Below are positions 41,460 to 56,700 of a stretch of 64,000 bases of DNA, piece after piece. Numbering within the stretch: position 1 is the first letter of the stretch; each line of letters begins with the position of its first letter. This stretch comes from Camelus ferus (taxonomy: Eukaryota). Below the pieces are notes generated by a model. The model did no database searches. It saw only the letters and a program-made list of their open reading frames with translations, and was not told the DNA's origin. The stretch lies in NCBI RefSeq assembly GCF_009834535.1, contig NC_045696.1, forward strand, positions 35,962,001-36,026,000. The letters are read 5' to 3'. The translations under genes and the position numbers were made by a program.

Positions 41460-42894
41460 AGAATGCACGTTCATCTGTTTGCTACACTTATATTACTTTA
41501 TTGGCTTCTGATCTGGGGAACTACCTATCAATTATGCTTTAACAGGACAATAATAGGCTAACATTGTCATTTTTCTTCCTCTCAGGTCATTTCATTCTCT
41601 CAACAAAAGTAGATACCATCTCTGTGATTCACACATTTCTCTTTAGTTAAGAGACAGGTTAAGTTTAATTCAATGTATATTTATCAAACTTTTATGATGA
41701 ATGCTCGAAACTTTGAGATATTCAGAAGAAGAATAAAAATGGTCTCTATCCAAAAGGAATTTAAAATGTTATTAGGTAATCTGTGTGATTTACCAACCAA
41801 GATACCTGAAGCCGCTGACCTTTAAAGAATGCCTATATTGCTCATGAATTTCATGATAATAAACATTTTAAAAATTAAACCTCTGAGTAATATATATTAA
41901 AATGGATGTGAGGGAATATATCTTTCTTGTCAATACTTTAGGAAATTGATTCCCCTGTGAATAGGTATAAACCTATCTAAAGAGGTAATGAATCTTTTCA
42001 GAACTTGCTGTTCCCTGGAGACCATCAGGGGAAAAGTAGTCAAGGTTAGGATATTACTCAATTAATTTGAAGACAATTGTTTTTCCTGGCCTGAGTAGGA
42101 CTTGCCAAAATAACTTCCTCCTTTGTGCCTTCTCTCCCTCAATGGAGGAGACAAGGAAAATGAGAAGTTGAGAGGAAGAGTAAGAAAGGAAATCATTATT
42201 GGAAAGAGAGTAGGCACCGTGGACATCTTAAATGGAAAAAAACAAAAGGGGCAAGATCTAGAAGCAAAGAGAGCTTGGGACAGATCATAAAAATTGGTAG
42301 AGATGAGCTCAGTGGTAACTTAATAACTCAATCCCAGAGACCATCAGTTAAAGAAATTTTTAGCATGCATTTTTTTCTCTCATGCAACTAAAGGAAATGG
42401 CTCTATTATATGTTGCTTTGCAGAGCATGTGTTTAGTCATATTCTGAGTAATTTTGCTTGATATAATACGGCTTTATTGAAAACACAAGCAGGAAACAAG
42501 AAGTGTTTATGTCTCAGATGAGGATTGTCATGAACGTTTTGCACAATTTCACTGAACAACATGTCTACTCTAAGAGTATGTGACATTCTAAACTGCCTGT
42601 GGGAAAGCATGAAACCAAAGAGAAATTAAAGTAATTCCTAAACTAGAGGGAAAGCCTAAGCCTTCACTCATTTTATTTTAGTACTTCGAATAAAATTACT
42701 CTCCTGTATTGACAAATACAAAATTATCTAAAACAAGAGGGATCTGAGATAGCTTTTTTTTTTTTTTGCCATTATACATTTAATGTGGGTTCTTTTCAAC
42801 TTTTAAAAATAAAACATACACTTACTGTGGGCAAAACTGATTTTGATAGAGTATGTTAAAATGTGCAGATTCCTTTTATATGCATAATGTGGTT

Positions 42895-43055
42895 TAATCA
42901 TTATAGACACCTTGTAAGTTAGTATCAATGTCTTATTTTTACTGATGATAACAGAAGAGATTAAATGATTTGTCCATTTTGGTAACTAGAGACTGGCAAA
43001 TTCGGGACACAATTCAGGCCTCCTGATTCTATGTTCAGTACTCCTTTTCCACCAC
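42895..43055 (-). mobile_element. MIR fragment
   Basis: gagattaaatgatttgtcc..ttcaggcctcctgattcta.gttcagtactc. Confidence 0.6.
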
Positions 43056-43639
43056 AAATATGTACTATATTTCTCTTTTTTCCCTTCTTTTCTCCACTCC
43101 CTTTTAAGCAAGCAGTACTTCCATTGTTAACTCTGTTTTACTCCCCAATCTTTGTAGGCTTTACCGTCTTGTGCAGGGCAAGGTCACCTAAGTAGCAGAT
43201 TGAAGAATCTGACCCTTGGCTAATTCAAATATAATAATAATAAAGGAAACCTACAACTCTTTCGAGTCCTTAATGCATTTTATGTTAAATATCTAAGCAT
43301 GCCATAAAAAGCCAGGCATGTAGCTATCTGGTTACACAAATCACATTTTCCCTAAAAACAGGCACCAGTGGGAGAGAGAGCAAGCCTTAAATTCTAAAGG
43401 CCATCGGCTTGGTTAGAAATATCTATGCAAAACTGTAAACCCTATTTTGTTGTCTTCTTTTATTCTCCCTAAGTTCCCACTGAGTCCCTCCAGATCTTGT
43501 TTTTCTACTTTCCTTATATTTTTGATCCTTGTTTTTCCCCTATTTCGCTCTGTTTTTAACCTGTTTCTAAAACATACTGTAACTTCACATACTAACATAT
43601 TCTTTATTTGTTTCCCTTTAAACTCTTTCCTCTAACTGT

Positions 43640-44400
43640 CGATTCAGCAAATATTTGCTAAGTAGCAGAAACTGTATCATGCACTGTGGACAAAAAAAAA
43701 AGACAAAAAAAAAAAGATGATATTTCTTAAAGATTTTTCTCCCAAGGCACTTTTCTCTAATTTTAAGAGAAATACAATACAAGTTGTTATATAACCTGTT
43801 CATAAAGAATGCAAAATAAGCTTCAGAAACATAGTAAAAGTAAGAACTTGGTAAGAGGGTGGATGTAGATGGATTTTGGGGGAGTTTTAGTATTTGAATA
43901 GAACTTAAAGGTAGAATCAGAGATTACAAACATGGGCATTCCAGAGAGAGGGTGCACAGTATGTAAAGCCACAGAATATAAAATATTACATTTTTGAAGA
44001 ATGGCTAGACTACAGATACTTTTTTGGAAGTGGTAGAAGATAAAGTTCAAAAGGTAGGTAAAAGCCAGAATGCAAAGAACCCTTTATGGCACATCATTTA
44101 TCTATGAGTAGCAGGGACCTACTCAAAGATTTTAAAGAGAGGAATAATGTAATCAGATATATATGATTTTAAAAGGTATGTTGGTGACAGTGTAGAGGAT
44201 GGATTGGAGAGGGAGAAAGATAAGAGGCAGGGGAAAAGCTCTGGGAAATAGTTACACACATCTAATTATGTCATGATGAGACTCTAACTATGGCAGAAGC
44301 TAAACACAGGCAGCAGATCCAAGTGACTTAGAAAAATAAAAAGTACAGACGTGTGTGCAATATACATGAAGAACACAGAAGAGAGGTTTGCTGATTCTGG
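43640..44400 (-). mobile_element. L2 LINE 3' fragments
   Basis: attcagcaaatatttgc tail; gtgtagaggatggattggagaggg; taatgtaatcagat. Confidence 0.65.
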
Positions 44401-45399
44401 TGCTGGGGAAAGGATGGTTCAAAGGGGAAGCCACAGACTCTAGGAAATTTATAATTCAGTAGAATTATCAAAGTGAATGATTGCCACTCTGAGTGACATT
44501 ACAGAGGTACAAAAGAAAATGTCATGAAGCTGTTTTGAAGTGAGAGATGTCATATGTCATCTAGAATAATGGATTGATGGAGAAGGTGAAGCTTGGAGGT
44601 GGTAAAACAACTGTGAGTCAGAAATTCTGGGTTTCTCGGGGAAAGTTCTCAACAGAGAAAGAATACAGTCTCTTGTGGAATTCTCAGACCTGTAGGGAAT
44701 CTGACATCCCATCACTTTCTTAAAGGCACCCTACGGCCCCAACATATTTGAAAATGCAACAGAGCTCAGGGATACCATCAGCTAAACTCTCCTGAAGGGA
44801 GACACAAGTTCACCTTCCTTCTGAGCCACAGAACATAAAGTATTCATTTAAAACAAGACTCAATATAGAGATTAGAAAGACACTTGAGCAGATGATTTAA
44901 TTCAGGACTCTTACCCCCCTACCAAAAAAAAAGTAGTCTCTTAAGGGTCACTAACAGAAAAATCTGTAAAATATCTTAAAGCATTTCAGGAGGTAGCTGC
45001 CAGGGTAGGAGCTAAAAATGAGATTGCTGGGGTAATCATGTCAAGAAGTAGGCTCCTGCAGAGAACCCACTGAGGCAAAAGCAAAACAGATGTGTTTGAC
45101 AGGTTGGAAAATGGCAGCAAAAGAATGAAACATTGAATTTGTAAATTTATAAAAAATCAGCTTCCCTAAGGGTTTTTCCTCAGGGACTTCTGAGTAAAGT
45201 AAAAGAACTTGTTAGGAAGAAAAATGTCCCAGTATTTTTAAGGGCTTAGGGAAAAATAATTAAATAAATGAAATTAGTTTAAAATCATAGACTTTAGGTA
45301 TCAGAAGTTTTCCTGGCATCATTTAGTCTACCACTATGGAGGACTGATATGTTAATAGGACTCATATGACCAAAGGGAAAAAAAAATCATACAGGACAG

Positions 45400-45570
45400 G
45401 GGAGAAAGTTGATATGTATTAAATAGCTATTATGGCCTGAATGCTTTTGTGAGATGTTTTACATATGTTTTCTCATTTAACCTTCATAGAAGTCTTATGA
45501 AATAGAAATTAATCTCCCCATTACAAAGGAAAGGTGACTGAAGCCAAGAGAGGTTAAGCAAATTTACTTA
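45400..45570 (-). mobile_element. MIR fragment
   Basis: tctcatttaacctt..ccccattacaaag..actgaagccaagagaggttaagcaa. Confidence 0.75.
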
Positions 45571-46649
45571 TTTATATAGCTATCTTGTTCCAAAAAAGCT
45601 TTCAAGGGTACGAGAATGACTGAAGATACCTACAAGATGACAAAAATAATAATAATCATTTAAAGCAGTGAGACAAATGCTAAAAAGAAAGCAATGTAGA
45701 GCCAAGAGTACACAAAACTGCATCTCTCATTCAATCAAAAAATGGCCTAGTTGGACAAATTTCTGTGATACTTAATGATAGAGAAATGTGATACTTCTTT
45801 GTGTAGCTCTTATGCTTTCAAGAAAATTATTTCCCAAAGTTTTGGGGAGGTTTCATTAATCATAGTAATTCCTCCAATCCTTTGCTCATGAAGTTCTTGT
45901 GGGAGATCCTGGATTCAGTAGGAAAGTGAAAGAAGTACTTTAGGACTGGCTACTATTTAGCGGTGCACATGAAGCAAGCTACACTTTTAACCAATTTCAG
46001 CAAGATTCTTGATTGATTCTTTGATGGATGGGAAATTATATTTGGTTTCAGGGCAATAAAAATTCTGTTTAGAATACACAGAAATATTAAGGGGAAAAAT
46101 TCTTACTGCTAATTTTAGGAGGAATTTGTGCCTGATCTGTCTATGGAGAATAAATGATGGACTATGACTTAAGGGAATATTAAATAAATTGTAAGACTGG
46201 ATAGCCATATAGATATACAGATATATTGAGATATATATATACACACACATACACACATACATATATGAGAGAGAGAAACATTCTTTATTGCTTATTATCA
46301 GGAACTGTACATCAAAGTCAAGAACTCAATATATTGACTCTGGAATTATGAAAGCCTTTAGAATGACTACATGTGAAATGCTCAGTGAGAGGTGTCAGAA
46401 TATAAAAGCTTACAGGAACAAAGCTGAGGACATAAATGACTTAGATAAACCTGAGGAAAAGAATTAGCAAGTGGTGGGTCTGTAATGAATGGGAGGATGT
46501 ATTCCTGGCCTGCTGCCTCCACCAAGATTTAGCCAATAATTGCCTGGAAGGATTTCAAACCAAGAGTAAAATACAGAAAAAACTCTTCATTCCACCATTT
46601 ACAAAGTCTAAGATATATTTAAAATTTACTAAATTTATAAAGAAACATA

Positions 46650-47640
46650 TAATTAAATTGGAATTTAATAACAATAATAAAATCTTCAAATATTTGGAAA
46701 CAAGCAACATAATCCTAAATAATCCAAGGGACAAAAAAGAAATCACAAGGGAAATTAGAAAAGATTTTGAACTGAATGATAATATAGACACAACATATCA
46801 AAAACCATGGAAGGCCACTAAAGCAGGAAAAATTATAACTTAAAATTCTATATTTGTAAGAAAACATTTAAAAATCAACTACCTAAGCTTCTACCTTAAA
46901 AGGTTAATTAAAAAAAAAAAGAGCAAATTAAATTCAAAATGAGTAGAAGAAAGGTAATAAAACAAAGCTAATAGAGAAAAGCAAAGAAATTGAAAACAAA
47001 TGAGAGAAAATCAACAAATCAAATATTGGTTCTTTGAAGATATTAACTAAATTGATAAACCTCTAGATAGATTAATCAAAAAAGAAATATAACATAAATT
47101 GTCCCTATCAAAAATAACAGAAGTGACATCATTACAAATCTTAAAGATATTAAAAGATAAGGGAATATTATGAAAATTTTTATGCTAATAATTCAACAAT
47201 GTAGATGAAATGGACAAATTCCTTGAGAAAGCAACTTATCATACATAATTAAAATCTTTGTTAAAATAAACTTTTAGCACCAGATGGCTTCACTAAATGT
47301 ATTCTACCAAACATTTAAGGAAGAAATAATACTAATCTTACCCCAACTACCAACATAAACTCTTTTTGAAAATCTAAGAGGTAATAATACTTCTCAACTT
47401 GTTTTATGAAGCAAAAAAAAAAAAACCTAGCAAACATTTTTTAAAAATCAGTTAACAACAATACCAATTAGGAACATAAAGGCAAAAATCCTTAGGAAAA
47501 CACCAGCAAAGCAAATCCAACAATTCATAAGAAAAACAATACTCCTAAATCAAGTAAAGTTTATCACAAGAGAGCAAAATTAATTCAATTTTAAAAATCA
47601 ATCAATGAAACTGACCATGTTAAAAGCTAAAGAAAAAAAT
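46650..47640 (+). mobile_element. Decayed L1 ORF2 fragment
   Basis: Peptide LNNPRDKKEITREIRKDFELNDNIDTTYQKPW; ttggttctttgaaga..attgataaacc; gaaatggacaaattccttg. Confidence 0.9.
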
Positions 47641-49269
47641 TTTTATGATAATTTTATTATTAAACACCAAGTAGAAAGAAGTAGTTTTTTAAACTGGGAA
47701 ATTATGCATTGAAACGGTGTATGAGGAAGATAATCCTGTTGTAATTCAACAAGTAATTAGAGCCTAAAAAAATGATGGTAAATTATCAGAGGAGGGAGAA
47801 TGGGGAAGGGGCCAGGAGAAATGTGTTTTGTGATCCAAACGGAATGTAGCAAGAAAATCTAGTAATGACAGAGATGGCAATTATTACAGTAAGTCTCAGT
47901 TGTTGTAAGGGTTCCAAGAACTTGTAAGTATGCATGATAATGGAAAGCTAAAACCTGGACTTATTTTGATAGTTCATCAAAAGAAAGATAACTTTGATAT
48001 ATTGTTATTTCAAAAACAAAAATGTAAAGAAGCAAACCAAAACAGAGACTTTTTTTCTTCTAATGTCCTATTTAAATCACTTAATTTAAAATAATATTAG
48101 ATCTTTGTAGATGTTATCATTGAACATAAAATGAGAAAACTATTTCTCAGTATTTATCTATAATAACACATGGTATGTAGAAGATACCCAATAAATGTGT
48201 TGAATGAATGGATGAATAAGACTTATTAGAATGTTTTTGTGGTAAGCTTTATAATATAATTTCAGAACTGTGAAATATGATTAAACAAAATACATTGAAC
48301 AACTCTGTATCCTTGGGAAAAGATATGTTAAAGTATACAGATGTATAAATACATATATAAATAAATGTATATATGCTTTCTTTTCCATGCCGTATTGGCC
48401 TTGAATTTAAATGTATTTTTGTATGTACATTTCTTAGAAAATAAATGTACATTTTTATTTTTAAAATGTTTATCATGAACCTAGATGCTTATTTTTTACC
48501 ATTTTAATGATTTATTACCTTTTTATGTAAAGTGCAGGAGTAATATAAACTTCCATCAGAACTTATTATACCATTTAATGTTGTAGGTCAGAAGAGAATC
48601 TCATCTCAGAAGAGATGCTCACTCCACTCCACCCTACCCTACAACACAAATACACCCACACAGTACAATGTAAGTTCTATGAAGACAGGAATTTTTCTTT
48701 TTTGATCTAGTTTCCTCCATGCCCAGAACAATTTTTGAAATACAGTGGTAAATAATAAATTTATATGACAATAAACTTGATGTATTAAAGAATAAAAAGT
48801 CAGCATATACTGTACATGTGCCATCAGAATTCCAAGCATCTGATCTTGTGTAAACTTTGTTCTCTCTTGGGAAGTCAGTGTTCTGCAGGGAGATGTAGCC
48901 TAAATGGTGAGTCAGAAATGAATTCAGAGAATCCCTAGTGGAGATTTTTATTTTAATCATTCTATTTGTTTAAAAGTTCTCAAAAAAGCAAATGGTCAAA
49001 TATCACAAACGTGGGTTATTAAACAGTGGTGGAGGAAGAAGAGAAGATATTGGAAAATCAAGAAGATAAAGGTAAAAGAGAAATCTACTAGTCTCCAAGT
49101 ATAATGTTATTTCAGTTTATTGCTGTATCTTTCATGTTTGGGCCTTCTGGGTTTGTTATTAAAGAGTTTCTATGGAGGAGTAGAGTCACTATTCTTTTCT
49201 GTATATATAAAAATACTATAAAATTCTATTAGGCATGTCCAGAAGAGCTTGCCAATAGATCCACTTTAC

Positions 49270-49470
49270 CCGTGCTCTCCAACAGAAATCTTTGCAAGAT
49301 GGAAATGTTCCACATTGTCCAATATGTTAGCCACTAACCACATGTGGCTGTTGAGCCTTTCAAATGTAGCTAGTATGACTAAGGAAACCAAATTCTTTAT
49401 TGGACTTTAAGTAATTTAAATTTAAATAGCTACATGTGACTAAAGGTTACCAAAATGGACAGAGGAGCTT
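49270..49470. mobile_element. MER3-like hAT-Charlie MITE
   Basis: gtgctctccaacagaa..tagccactaaccacatgtggctgttgag..tggacagaggagc. Confidence 0.85.
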
Positions 49471-50401
49471 TAGATGAATAAGGCAGATCTATTTTATTTT
49501 CAACAATAGTATAATACAATATTGTCATAAGGCAGAGTCTGCAAATTTCTTCCAACCAGCATATCAATGTAAGTTTAGCCTCTGGAAATGAAATGAGTAA
49601 GACAAGAAAACAGGAATGTAGCACAAGGTGGGAACACAAAGTAAACTGACAGAGGTGGATGGTAGAGATAATGTTAGGATATGAAAGGGGAAATCACTAT
49701 TTTCATAATAAAACATGCAGTGTCCACACATAATTATGTTTGTGAAATGTATCAAATGATTCTCTCACAAAAATTAAATTATGATTTTTGATCAAACTTT
49801 CATGCTAATTTTAGTAATTGCTTTACTAAAGCTTTTTAAAGATTTTATTGGAAAACTAATCGTATTTCTGGAAGTCTAACATAATCTTTTGTTTATAAAT
49901 ATAATTTTAAGAGTTTGATTATTAATTGATAAGTATGAATCTTTTTGTTCTTTTAGACTTCCAAAATTCAATTTTGATTGCGTTACTCTGATTTTGATGA
50001 CCACATCATAAGTTCAAGGACCCTTCCTAGTTTAAAAGATAATGAAAATATTATAAAAGCTGTATCAATTATGTTTTAAATGTGAAACATGTTTTTCTAT
50101 TGTGGTCTAGGTAATTGGCTTTAGATTAAGAACAAATACTTTATTTTTCATACACGTGTGTCTCCTTTTTCCCTTAATTAAAACATTTTAGCACATATTT
50201 TGGTATATTGCATAGTTGTACTATCATGTCTCCATTATTTACATGCATATCCAACATTATAAATTGCTTTTTATAGAAAATTCTATAATAGAGTATCTGG
50301 ACCATACGTTAAAATATTCCATGCAAGCAAATGTATATTTACAATACATACTTACATTGAAAACCTAATGCAGTGAAGTAGATACTTAAAATCCAATTGA
50401 T

Positions 50402-50571
50402 GAGGGGGAGGGTATAGCTCAAGTAGTAGAGCATATATATGCTTAGCATGCAGGATGTCCTAGGTTCAATCCCCAGTACCTCCACCAAAAATAAACAAAC
50501 TCAATTACCACAGCCCCCCACCAAAATAAAATAATTATGTAATACTACAATAAAAAATAAGAAACTTCTTA
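50402..50571 (+). mobile_element. tRNA-derived SINE (Vic-1 type) with near-perfect target-site duplication
   Basis: gggggagggtatagctcaagtagtagagc..ggttcaatccccagtacctcc; flanks AAAATCCAA(C)TTGAT. Confidence 0.9.
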
Positions 50572-53500
50572 AAAATCCAACTTGATATTCCTTATATTTA
50601 CCTGCAAAGCCTTTCTTACAAGTAAAGTAGTACACAAAAATCTTTGACCTCAGTGAAGATGAAACCACCTCCACGGTGACATCGTAGGTTCCCCATTATT
50701 GGTAAATATTTTAACATTCAATTGTTGCTGTTGACAATCATTAATTTGATTGTAAATCGGATATATTTTTAAAGCATGATTTTTTTCGTATGATATGGAC
50801 AGCTATAAATCAATGCCAATAAAATCTACAGAATTCATTATATTGCTAAAATGGGAACATGGACTCCCATTTCTCAAATGGGAACAGGACTATCCCCATA
50901 TAAATTCTGAAATCTTAGAATTGGGATGGAATTCATTGGAAGAAAGAATACCTGAGCATTCCTTAAAGGTATAATATATAGACTGTTCACCATTTTCATA
51001 TACTGCACTTCTAACCACTTCAATCACAGGGACTTGTTTCAGGATGGGCAGGCTCAGGAGGGAATAATTCCATCCTGCCTCAATTCAACCTGTTAGTTAC
51101 AACAAGAATTGTTCTTTAAGGTTGACATATTCCAGTGTTCCGCCTCCCCAAACCAGAAGGTTGTATCTAAGAAAGATATGAGTTGGGAGGAAAGAGAGAT
51201 CAGGGAACCACATTTTGAAACTGCTTTTAGATCACTATCCTGGTATTTGTAAGAAGAAAATCATGTTGCTGTGGTTTCAAACAAATACATTTCAGAAGTC
51301 ATCATGGGAATGCACTGTTAAACAACAGTTTTCTTTTTTTTTTTTTTTTTCTTTGCTCAGTTAATTTTTACTGTCTTCCCTGGCAGAAAAACAATATGTA
51401 ACAGCTGTATGATTTATGCAATAATTGATGCAAAACTATATTGAATCCCCAGGCCATTCACCATATCTTTTGCCAATTAGTATCAGTAAAAGCAGCCTGA
51501 CTTGGTTTCTCAAACATGCAAGTGATGTCACTTTCAATGCACTGCAATGCCAAGTGAAACCACAGACTGGTATTTCTGTATTCTCTGTTCAAGTCTGAAA
51601 GCATGGAAATGTTGCTTTAATCACTAGGGCAATGCAATTTTACTGATTTGTTGTCTGTGTAGAAATATCACACACTTTGTCTGACTCTTATCAGGAACTG
51701 GAAGTTCCTTTCAGGTTAGAGGACAGGTTGAAGTGTTTTGATGCTATGACACATTTAAAATGGGACGTCTTGGTAAAGGACAGGTAAACAGAGATAGTTC
51801 AGTGATGGCTCCTTGTGGCACACCACAACTTGTGGCCAATGCTTCCTTGATTCTAAACTTGCAAAATCTTCTCTTTTCCCCTTAGCATTAATTATCGGAC
51901 CATTTTCACCCACAACCATAAATTCTCAAATACTCTTAAAAACCAGTTTATGCTAAATTCACTTTCCCCAATTAACAAACAAAATATCTGAAAATAAATT
52001 AAACAGCTGCCAGACTTACAGAATAATTTATCTTTTCAAAAGTCAAATGTAGAAGAATGTACTCATGTTTTATCGCTGGCTCTAAGAAGTCCTCACAGGC
52101 ACAGCTCCCTATAAAAAGCAGTCACTGTCCCTGCACCCTGAATGCGAATTATGGTGAAACCCACAGTCCCCAAGGCATTCAGGGACAGTCTCACCACAGC
52201 CAGGTAAACTTTGAGGTATTTGTGAAACTAGAGGAATTGCTCTCACTACCACCATCATTGGCCACCACCAGTACCACCACTCCAGCAATTCCAGAAGTTT
52301 AGACAAATGAGGCTTCATGATTTGAGACAAGTAAAAGATACCTATTGCACGTGTACCTATTGGTGTGTTCCCTTCATTCTATTGTGGACAACTCAGTGCT
52401 GGCTGTATTTTTTTCTAGTAGAGGATGTTTTAAAAGCTTTCAAGTACAATGTTTTATAACGATCACTCTACTATTAAAAGGATTTTAATCACTCTTCCTT
52501 TAGAAGCAGTAAATACTCTAGAGTAGAGGTTAGATGGTTCTGTATCTCAAAAGTTTTAAATAAATTCCTTGGTGATATTCAGAATTGATAAATGGGAGGA
52601 GAAAAAAAGAGATAATAGATAACAAAAACTAGATGTGGGAAAAAATAGAAAGGTTTTTATCACCAATTGCTTCAGATTCCTTACTTTAAAACCTTGAGTA
52701 GTCTGCTAACTCTACAGGTATTTTGCAAGTGTCAGTGTTCAAAATAAATAAAATTTAAAACCAAATACTCCTTAAATACAAAGAGGATTACATAATTATT
52801 GCAATGCAGCAGAGAAATATATAGGTGTATAGTTTAGTCTTGAATCACAAACAACACCAGTAATTATGTATTCTGCTTTAAGGATATTCAATATACTAAA
52901 CATCTGGATTCAGAAGAAAATGTCAAAGAAAATTAGAGATAAGAGGAACTTCAAAGATCACTGAATACAAGCTGCTACTTCTATGGATGAAGAAATGGAA
53001 ACCAATTAAACGTGAGGACTTTTTTTCAGTACTTGCTTCAACAGAGTTGTGGAAGCTATTAGTTATCAGAAAGGAATTTAGATGAGGCATGAATCAAAGT
53101 TTACTTTTTTCAAATGGTATGTTGTTTTTCAGATATTTGGGAATTAGCCTAATTTTTTTCTGGAGGTTAAATGAGAGTCTTCATCAAATAGTGAGCAAAA
53201 AAGTTATTAATTTTCTCATTTAATTTACTAAAGGATTTATCAGAGGTTACTTTTAAATATTAGTTTGTCGAGTGAGAACATACTTAAAGTTGTAAGATTA
53301 TTTGCTCTAACTTCTCAGGGATGCATCTGTAATATAAAATGGGGGATATCTCTGGAACCTCATAATCAATGAATAACATCCTAACAACACTCTTGGTAAA
53401 TACAATCAAGAACTTGGAACAATTCTTACATAATTCCAAAACCAATGCCTACTACAATCTGAATGCAGTTCAGAAACAAATATCAGGTGATGAGTTAGGA

Positions 53501-53681
53501 GAGCAAAATGCAAGTATGATTATTTGATATTTATTTAATTCAAAAGTAGACTGTAAGTTATCTGGAGCAGGAATTCTTAACCTATAAACCATGGGTAGGA
53601 TTAACAGGAATGTGAACTGACTGTGTATGTATATTGTTATATGATTTTAGAAGGTGTCTGAGACTTGAAGAAACCTGTTCT

Positions 53682-54008
53682 AGAATACTGATATCCAACA
53701 GAAATATAATGTGAGCCATAAATGTGAATGACACAGGTAATTCTTAATTTTATAGGAGCTACGTTTTTAAAAGTTAGGTGAAAGTAATTTTAATATGTTT
53801 ATTTAACCTAATATATCCAAAATACTATCATTTCATGTAATCAATATAAAAATTATTGATGAACTATTGTATAGTTTTTGGTTGTTACTAAGTGTTTGAA
53901 ATCTGGTGTGTATGTAATATCTACAGTCCATTTCAAATTGGACTAGTCACATTTTAAGGGCTCAATAGCCACATGTGGCTAGTGGATACTGTAAAGGGCA
54001 GTGCATGT
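53682..54008. mobile_element. MER33-like hAT-Charlie MITE
   Basis: tccaacagaaatataatgtgagcca..ctcaatagccacatgtggctagtgg; flanked by TCTAGA on both sides. Confidence 0.85.
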
Positions 54009-56259
54009 CTAGAGATAAGATGCACAAATCAGGAAACCCATCATGAATAATACTTCGTTCTGTTGATCTATTGGTAAGTATTTAGTGCCAGTGAATTTGA
54101 GGTGATCATCTTTGATAATTACTAGTATCTCTATGTTTCAGGTTAAGGATCAATAGAAAAGATTTTTGGTCAACAGATCTGAGGTACAATTTAAACCTTT
54201 TGAAAAGTGTCATCCTGAGATAGAAGGGTGTTTGAATGGACCACCCCATCTCCCACAAACACAGGAGAGGAAATGCCTAAAGGGATTATGAAAATGTGCA
54301 CTGTTGAAATGGCCCTTAATTTCACAGAAAAATTGTCACATGACAAAATGGCCTAGTGGGATTGAGCATCATTTGTATATATTTAAAAGACAACATTAAA
54401 GAGCTTTTGGAATCTTAGTGATTAAATAAGAAATGCTCTTCTTTAAGATGACAGTAGATATTACAATTAAATTTTGTTTAAATGTAATTATACTGATTTA
54501 TATGCAATTTACTGTGTATGTGACAAAAGCCATAAATTATCTAATGACTTTTTTCTGAAATTCTCATATTGTTATAATTAATCCTATCAAAAATTAACCT
54601 TTTTCAATACTTATTGGATCTCCTTATTTCATGGAGCTATGGTTAATGGAAGCTCCCAGAGAATTTGATGATGGTATCTTTCTTCTTTCCTTTGTAGGGT
54701 TCATATAATTTAAAAGGCCACCTGATGTACATTAACTCTTCATGAGTGATAATAATTACTGGTTTTTGTACTGCCATGTTTAAAATTCAAGGATGTACTG
54801 CTGTGATAGTGTAGATAGGGTGTTTGTTTCCTTCACCTCAATTTAGAAAGAGATAAAAAGATGTATTCCTTACCTACTGAAATAGAATATCCCCTATCTT
54901 GTAAGAATTCAGCAGTAAACTGGTTTTATATCTTGAAATTTGTGACAGGAAAGTCAAATGTAGATAGAATATTGCTAGTTCAATGAATAGTGGAACATGC
55001 ATATTTGGGCAAGAGGAGAGATCACTTTTTCATCTGATTCTAGTGAATTTAAAAAAATTTTAAGTTCTCATTGGTGATTGCTCATCCCCTGAACCATCTG
55101 GCAGGTAGTGCAACTTTCAAGGGTGCAGCTGAATTGGTCCAAAGAGAGCCATACGATAGTAGATATTGCAGAAAAGCCTATGAAAGATAGGAAAGGGGGG
55201 AAAGAATAGCATTGCTTCTCCCCATCTTTCTACCTCTGTTCTACCCCCAGTATTTCCTCTTGGCCAATCCTAGTATGTTGATACATGTATTAATATAAAC
55301 ATAACAGGGGTTGAAAAGCTATTCAGGAAATTTGACCAATGCTGAAAGCCAAACTAAATAATTCAGAAACAAGAATTTTTCTTTTTTCTCTTGAGAAGGT
55401 TTTTATTCCTGAAGTATTTGGGTCATTTCCTTTATTCTCAATTTAAGATACTGACACATTTCTCAAGTTTGCCAACAGTGAGAATGAATCAGCTTTTATT
55501 ACATGGATCATATTCATGAAAGGCTTTGAGATATCCTGAAGTATTAATGTCATCATGTCATCTCAATTCATCACACACTTATTTTCAATTCAAAATTTAT
55601 TATTATATTGTGATGGCTGCTTGCTATTTTCTTAAATGATCAAAATGATTATTCTATTTTTTCTCCTCATTCCAATTTACAATCTCTAGAGGAACAGAAT
55701 TGTTTATTATTGCCCTTATTTTTATATTAATAGAAAATAAAATGAAGATAATTTAAACCTGATCACAGTGATTTTAGTCACTTGCTGTTGTAGGCTATAC
55801 GGTATATTTTTTCCTGGTTCAGTGTGCCTTTTAAATAAGTTCTTTTTCTTACATAAATTATGTAGGAAAAGTATCATTTATGACTACTTATTAGTTTTTT
55901 ATAAGTGCATAATTATATGCACTACTTGCATATTGCTCACAATTACTTACATATAGAATTTCACCCCATTAATAAAAATTTTAAGTGAATAAGGCATGAA
56001 TCAGCAATGTAAGTGATTTTCTGTTTCATTATTGGCTTAATGCACAAACCTGTGACTAAAAAGGAAAATGTATTTCCCTTAGATATTATGAAATACTGCT
56101 GCTCATGAGAATTTGTCCTTCTACTATGGAGATGTTAAGCAACAAATCACAATCAAATAATACTTATTTAAACCCACCAAACTTGAAAATGCACATGTGT
56201 AGAATGATTTATTAAGCACTTTTTCTAAAAAGCAGAATGTTAGACAATATAATATTTAT

Positions 56260-56700
56260 TTACACATTTTTTCAGTAGACATTCATTGCATGTCAGTATG
56301 TAACAGTCACTAAACTGGAAATTGTCATATAAAAAATAGATGAATAATGGTTTCTGCCTTTCTAGAGGTAAAAATCTGGTAATAAACTCTGGCCAAAATG
56401 ACCCATAAAATCAACAATAAAATATACACATACACGCCCATTCACACCAAAAAAACATGATGAAAGAGAGACACTTAGATAAGAGTGTGGAGGAATTTAA
56501 TTGGGAAGGATTTTATAGAAAAGAATCCACTTGAATTGAGTTTTAAAAGTTGAAAAGGTGACACCAAGAGAACATTGTAAGAAAATTACAATCCAGGCAG
56601 GAATAAAAAGACGCACAAAGCACAGAAGTAGGAAACAGAGGAAGTGCTCAGGATAGCTGAAGCATATGGAGGGGCGTGATGAATGAGGAGGTGAGAGGGG
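56260..56700 (-). mobile_element. L2 3' fragments (another near 57200-57320)
   Basis: tggtttctgcctt, cacttgaattgagttttaaaag, atccaggcagg motifs. Confidence 0.5.

Noticed and set aside
50590..50710. Small exon with a minus-strand donor GCAG|GTAAAT
   Set aside because: No acceptor, frames are blocked or unrecognisable, and there is no supporting context.
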